DNA of 64,000 nt from Octopus vulgaris (taxonomy: Eukaryota). A program made the translations under genes and the position numbers. Of the stretch, positions 55,001 to 61,162 are shown in pieces (positions within the stretch are counted from its first letter, which is position 1; every line of letters begins with the position of its first letter). Below the pieces are notes generated by a model. That model was not told the DNA's origin. It was given only the letters and a program-made list of their open reading frames with translations, and did no database searches. Where the stretch lies: contig OX597823.1 in NCBI GenBank assembly GCA_951406725.2, positions 24,490,001 to 24,554,000 of the forward strand, written 5' to 3'.

Positions 55001-57055
55001 TACTTCTATTTACACATGTACCCACATGCACGTACACACGCACACATCTATATATGCACATACCTGCACACAAGCACACATCCACACGCGCGCACAAAAG
55101 ATTCCATATACACGTCAATATACACACATTTGTATCCTTCCATTCCAATTTGTTTAATCAAGTCTTTATTTGGTAATACTATCCCTGCTAAGGACTGTAC
55201 CATGCCTCTTTTTAGGTAGATTACTCCGCACTTCTTGAGTCCAGATTCCATTCTAATGTTAGTGGGCCGTGTTCACTAAGGATCTCAGTTGTCTCATCTT
55301 TTACATACAGTTTCAAATCATCTATGAAAAAGAGGTGGTTGATTGTTTGAGATTTTTCCTTTAGTTGGTACCCCAGGTTTATTTTTCTAAGTACCAAGAT
55401 CATGGGTATCATGCAGAGGACAAAAAGCAATGGAAATAGGTTGTCACTCTGGAAAATCCCTCTTCAAATACCCAAGGTCCCCAAGCTCTTTCTGTAAGAT
55501 GTCAGTTCAGCTTTCCATCCCAGCATTCTTCTTCTTCTTCCTCATCCTCCAGGCAGTGAGCTGGCAGAATCATTAGCATGCTGGACATAATGCTTAGTGA
55601 CAATCCATTCTTCTTTACATTCTGAGTTCAAATTCCACTGAGATCAGCTTCGCCTTCCATCGTTTTAGAGTCAATAAAATAAGTGCTAGTTGAGTACTGG
55701 GGTCGATGTAATTGACTTATTTCCTCCCACAAAACTGCTGGCCTTGTATAAAAATTTGAAATTATTATTATTATTATTATTATTTTGTTGATAAATATGT
55801 AGAAGTCACAGCTATTGAAATATTATTTCATCACCTGGTACATTGTTTTATAAATGAACAATATGCTGTAATAAAAAACAATCCATCCAGAAAATTATTT
55901 TTCAGCATAAGACACATTTATAAGAATGAACACATATTCTAGTGCACCACAACACATAAACAAAAGCTCACCTGTATGTTTTAGTTGTAGGTAATCCATT
56001 TGTCTTCTGATGGTTTGCTTTTCTTTAAGATTGAATGGCCATAGCATATGATATGTTTAAGAGATTGTCAACCCTACTAAAATACACCATGAGAGATGTG
56101 TACAAATATATATTGTCTGCACCCTATGTGTTGAGACAAGCTTTTGAAAACAAGTTAGAAAAATTGTTCCGTAACACAAATGAATTCTGATTGAGACTTC
56201 ATTTTGTAGATCAATTATTTTCTTTTATACTTTAACTTGTTTCAGTCATTTGACTGGGGTCATACTGGAGCATCGCCTTTTAGTTAAAGAAATCAACCCC
56301 TATACTTATTCTTTGTAAGCCTGTTACTTATTCTATCAGTCTCTTCAGCCGAACCTCTCAGTTACAGGGACATAAATACACCAACATCGGTGGTGGGGGA
56401 CAAACACAGACACCAAGACACATATATAAACATATACATATATACACAACAGGCTTCTTTCAGTTTCTGTCTACCACATCAACTCACAAGGCTTTGGTCA
56501 GCCTGAGGCTAAAGTAGATGACACTTGCCCGAGGTGCCACGCAATGTGACTGAACCCAGAATCATGTGGTTGGAAAGCAAGCTTCTTACCACACATCCTA
56601 GAAAATCATGCACCACATGCTTTCCAATATTTAATACATGTGTGTGATATGCATGTGATATGTATTTGTGATTGGTTGGTGAATGACTATGAAATATATC
56701 TCTTGTGTTTTTCTTCCTTTGCAGTTGATGACAAGCCTGTTGTGATGAAAAAAGTTAGCGTACCAAGAAGTACTACTCTAGGAGAGCTTGAGAATGTGAA
56801 CTTAAATGATTGTAATGAAGCTTGCAATCAGTATTTGGGATGTAATTCTTTTCAGTACAATGAGCAAGATAAATTATGTGAATTGACTAATGCGACTCAG
56901 TTGAATAATGAACTTAAACCCAACGATGGAAGCTGGGACATATACATAGTTACCCCAGGTTAGTAGAGTGTTTTCACCTTATTTATTGTGTGCATGTCCA
57001 TGTATTTATAAATAAATACGTGTGTGTTCTGAAAACAGATGTTCAAGGATGATGA

Positions 57056-57107
<52 letters not shown>

Positions 57108-59552
57108 TAATCATCATCATCATTAACCCAGGTTAGTAGAGTATTTCCATATTATTTATTGTATACATATCTGTGTGTATATATATATACATATCTGTGT
57201 GTGTATAAGGAAAACAGACATTAAAGGATGATGATGGTGATATATATATATAGCAACCTGTGAGCTGCATCTCCAGGAAGAGATGAAAGTTTGCAGATAC
57301 TAAATCTGGTGAATAGATGGGGGCAGAAATGATACCATTTTGTTTTTGATGAGAAACTCATGCCTGACAAGAACTCATCCTTCATGCTCCTCAGATCCAG
57401 ACAACTTTTGCCAAATGTCCTCCATGAAATGCTTAAGAATGCTGCAGTAGAACTCTTAATTCATGGTCAAGTCCTAGAGGATGAATTATGAATGATGCTC
57501 ATGGCAGGCCTTGCACATCGAGTATCATCTTCCAGGGATGTTCTACTTTTGAAGTAACCATGACACTCAAAAGACTATGTACAACCCATTGCTTCATCAC
57601 TGAAAGCTTGCTGAAGCATGCTCAATGTCTCTGTAACAAATTTCATAAGTTTAAGGCAAAATTTCACATAGGCTCTTTGTTCTTTCTATGATAAAATCAC
57701 AGAATACAGCATACACATGATCACAAAAGCACATTTTTCACAACTTGTGAAATAAACAGTGATAGGTTTCAGCAAAAGATTACTTGGTTTATGTCTTGTA
57801 GGAAAGGTTTCCTACAAGGAATGAATCCATGAAGTTTGTAAAAGTTACGCACTGGGGTCAATGTAATCAATTTAATTCCTTTGTCTGTCCTTCTTTGTCC
57901 CCACCCCTTGTGTTTTGCCTCCTGTGAGCTATAAAGAAATATATATATACTAACAGAGATACCCGGCATTGCCCATGTTACATGCAATTGAAGAATTAGA
58001 TTTTCTGTTATATTTTCTGTAATGAACTGGAATACCTATGTTTCAAATTTCATCAAAATTGCAGATGAGGGTTATTTCCCTCTTTACACGCCCTAAAAAA
58101 ATTGTAATCGTGCCACATGTATCCCATACTACTAATTTTTATGTGCATATTCCGAAATTCCAGTCTTATTGAACCTGTTAAAAAGATTTTGTTCCTGAAA
58201 AATGAAGGTTATGGAGCTCTAAAACATAAGAGTTCAGGCCCCTGTTGGGGACAGGCATCTTAATGTCAACCAGAGAAGTTGAATTGTTGAGAATCTTTTT
58301 AACTTGGGTCTTATATCTATTGTTTGAATTTCTTTGAAATAGGAAATATATGTTCACTGGGTTTGTAAAAGAGAGCAAAGCTACAGGAAGCCAAAAGACG
58401 AATGATCACAATAAGCAGTCAGATATCCTACCCTAGTCGTTAGCTCTCCCAATGTAAGATTCCTCATTATCTAGGTGATAGGAACAACCGTAAGATGCAT
58501 TATGAATCTATAGCAGTTGCAAGGGCATGACCCAACTGAAATCAACATTAACAACTGTGTGACGTGAGGGCTAAGGAGAAATGAAAGTGTCACCTCTGGA
58601 GTTTGCAAATGACCACTAATACTGATACATAACTGGACAGAATAAATTTACAATCTATAAATGTCTTTGAATAACCAGTCACTTATCTGGGAAGGCCTTC
58701 AAATCAATGTTACCATCAGGGGACTATGTGTGACCCAGTGATAATAAAAAGACTGAAAGGAGGTCTGCAATCAAATAACTTTACTCAACACTTTGCAACT
58801 GAATCAGTGGAGGCAAAGATGCTTCTCATTTATTTGACGATTTATGCACCACATTGCAGAAATCACAATGTAAGTGTATGTTACAGCAAACTTATACACT
58901 GTTGTACCAATGAATTACAAATAATGCTCATCTTTTATGCTTGGGTAAACCTACAGCTTCCAAGAGCACAACTGTATTCGTTCTTGCTTAGATAAAATGA
59001 CAAAATTGTCCCCATGGAGGGGTCTTTCCAACTTGTAAGAAGATGAAATTTTATAAATATTACTTCATTTGTGTCTAATATCTATGGTTAAAATTTCATC
59101 AACAGTAAACGTATATGAATTGTCATGGGGGTTATAACCCTTATGCATAGAATATAATTTCTAAATTTCATAATGATCTATTCAGTATTTTTGACCTAGT
59201 TTTGGATCATAAAAGAAATTACTAAAATTTGGGAGTTAAGGCCTCCATTAGATATATATAAACACACACATACACATACAAAGATAAATTGATAGATACA
59301 ACTGAGTGGGCAAACAAGAATATGAGACACAGCCTAGTGCTTTTTTATGTTGATAAGCCTGGTTCTTTTTCTATTAGTTTGTTCTTGTGAAACCAGTAAG
59401 TTATGTGGATGTAAATAAATGAACAGCAGCTGTGAAGCAGTGAAGAGGGCGAAACACAGACAAAGACACACACACATACATTTACATATATACATACATT
59501 TATATACGATTGATTTGTTTCAGTTCCTGTCTACGAAATCCATATATATATA

Positions 59553-59623
<71 letters not shown>

Positions 59624-59833
59624 AGATAAATTGATAGATACAACTGAGTGGGCAAACAAAAATACGAAACACTGTTTAGTGCTTTTTTTATTTTGATAAG
59701 CCTGGTACTTATTCTATCAGTTTCTTCTTGTGAAACCAGTAAGTTATGGGGATGTAAATAAACAAACACCAGTTGTGAAGCAGTGATGATTGAGAAACAC
59801 AAAGACACACACATAGATTTACATATATACATG

Positions 59834-59895
<62 letters not shown>

Positions 59896-60257
59896 TGATT
59901 TCTTTCAGTTTGCGTCTACAAAATCCACTGACAAGGCTTTGGTTGGTCTCAGGCTATAGCAGAAGACACATGCCAAGTTACCACACAGTGGGACTGAACT
60001 GAGGACCATGTGTTTTGGAACCAAGTTTGTTACCACACAGCCATACCTGTACCTATGAATGTGGGTGTATGTGTGTATGGGTGTATATATGTATGCATGT
60101 ATATATGTGTATATATATGTGTACATATTACATGTATATCTATATATATACATCTACACATACATGTAGACTTATACATCTATATCTATAGAAATACATC
60201 TATACGTATACAGCTATACATATACATGTATACATATACATCTATATATATACATGC

Positions 60258-60309
<52 letters not shown>

Positions 60310-60318
60310 ATACATATA

Positions 60319-60366
<48 letters not shown>

Positions 60367-61124
60367 CATATATATACATCTATATGTATACATCTATATA
60401 TATATATATGCATGTAAATTTAAATTTAAAATAATAAGGGTGAAGAATTGAATATTAATTTGATTAATATGAATTGTAAACCAGTGGTGTAGCATATAAG
60501 ACCATAGTGGATCTTCTAGCAAAATGGATGTCCACTGTTAATGGTTCATCCCTGTTATATAATAGTTTCAGTATTAAACTGAAAGCTTGTGACATTACAA
60601 TAGAGAGATATTTTTGTTTCACTTTTAACACGTAATACTGAAATAGTGGAGAAGATATGATATTGCTGTGGGCTCGCCCTAGACAAGAAGTTAGAATATT
60701 TTGCCCATGACACTACGTGGACCCTAAGTAAGGCATATGTAAAATTTGAATGAAATTGGTTGTGTAGTTCTCAAGTTTTAGGGATTCACACAGACAGACA
60801 GACACACACACACACACACACATTGTCAGTTTTATATATATATATACACACATACATATATATAATATATATATTATATATATATATATGTGTGTGTATA
60901 TATACGTACATATATATATTTCAAAATGTGACCGCGTGTGTACCATTGGCGATATTTTTTCCTCTGTCTTCCCTTCTTTGGATCTTTCCTTTTCCTATGT
61001 TTCTGACAAAGAGCTCCGCTTGAAACGTTAAAACCTCCTTCTTTCCTGAGCGTCCAATAATACTATACTTGTTCCACGTCCTCGCGTTGTTGTGTTTTCT
61101 CTTTGTGTTTTCATATTTGGATTA

Positions 61125-61162
<38 letters not shown>

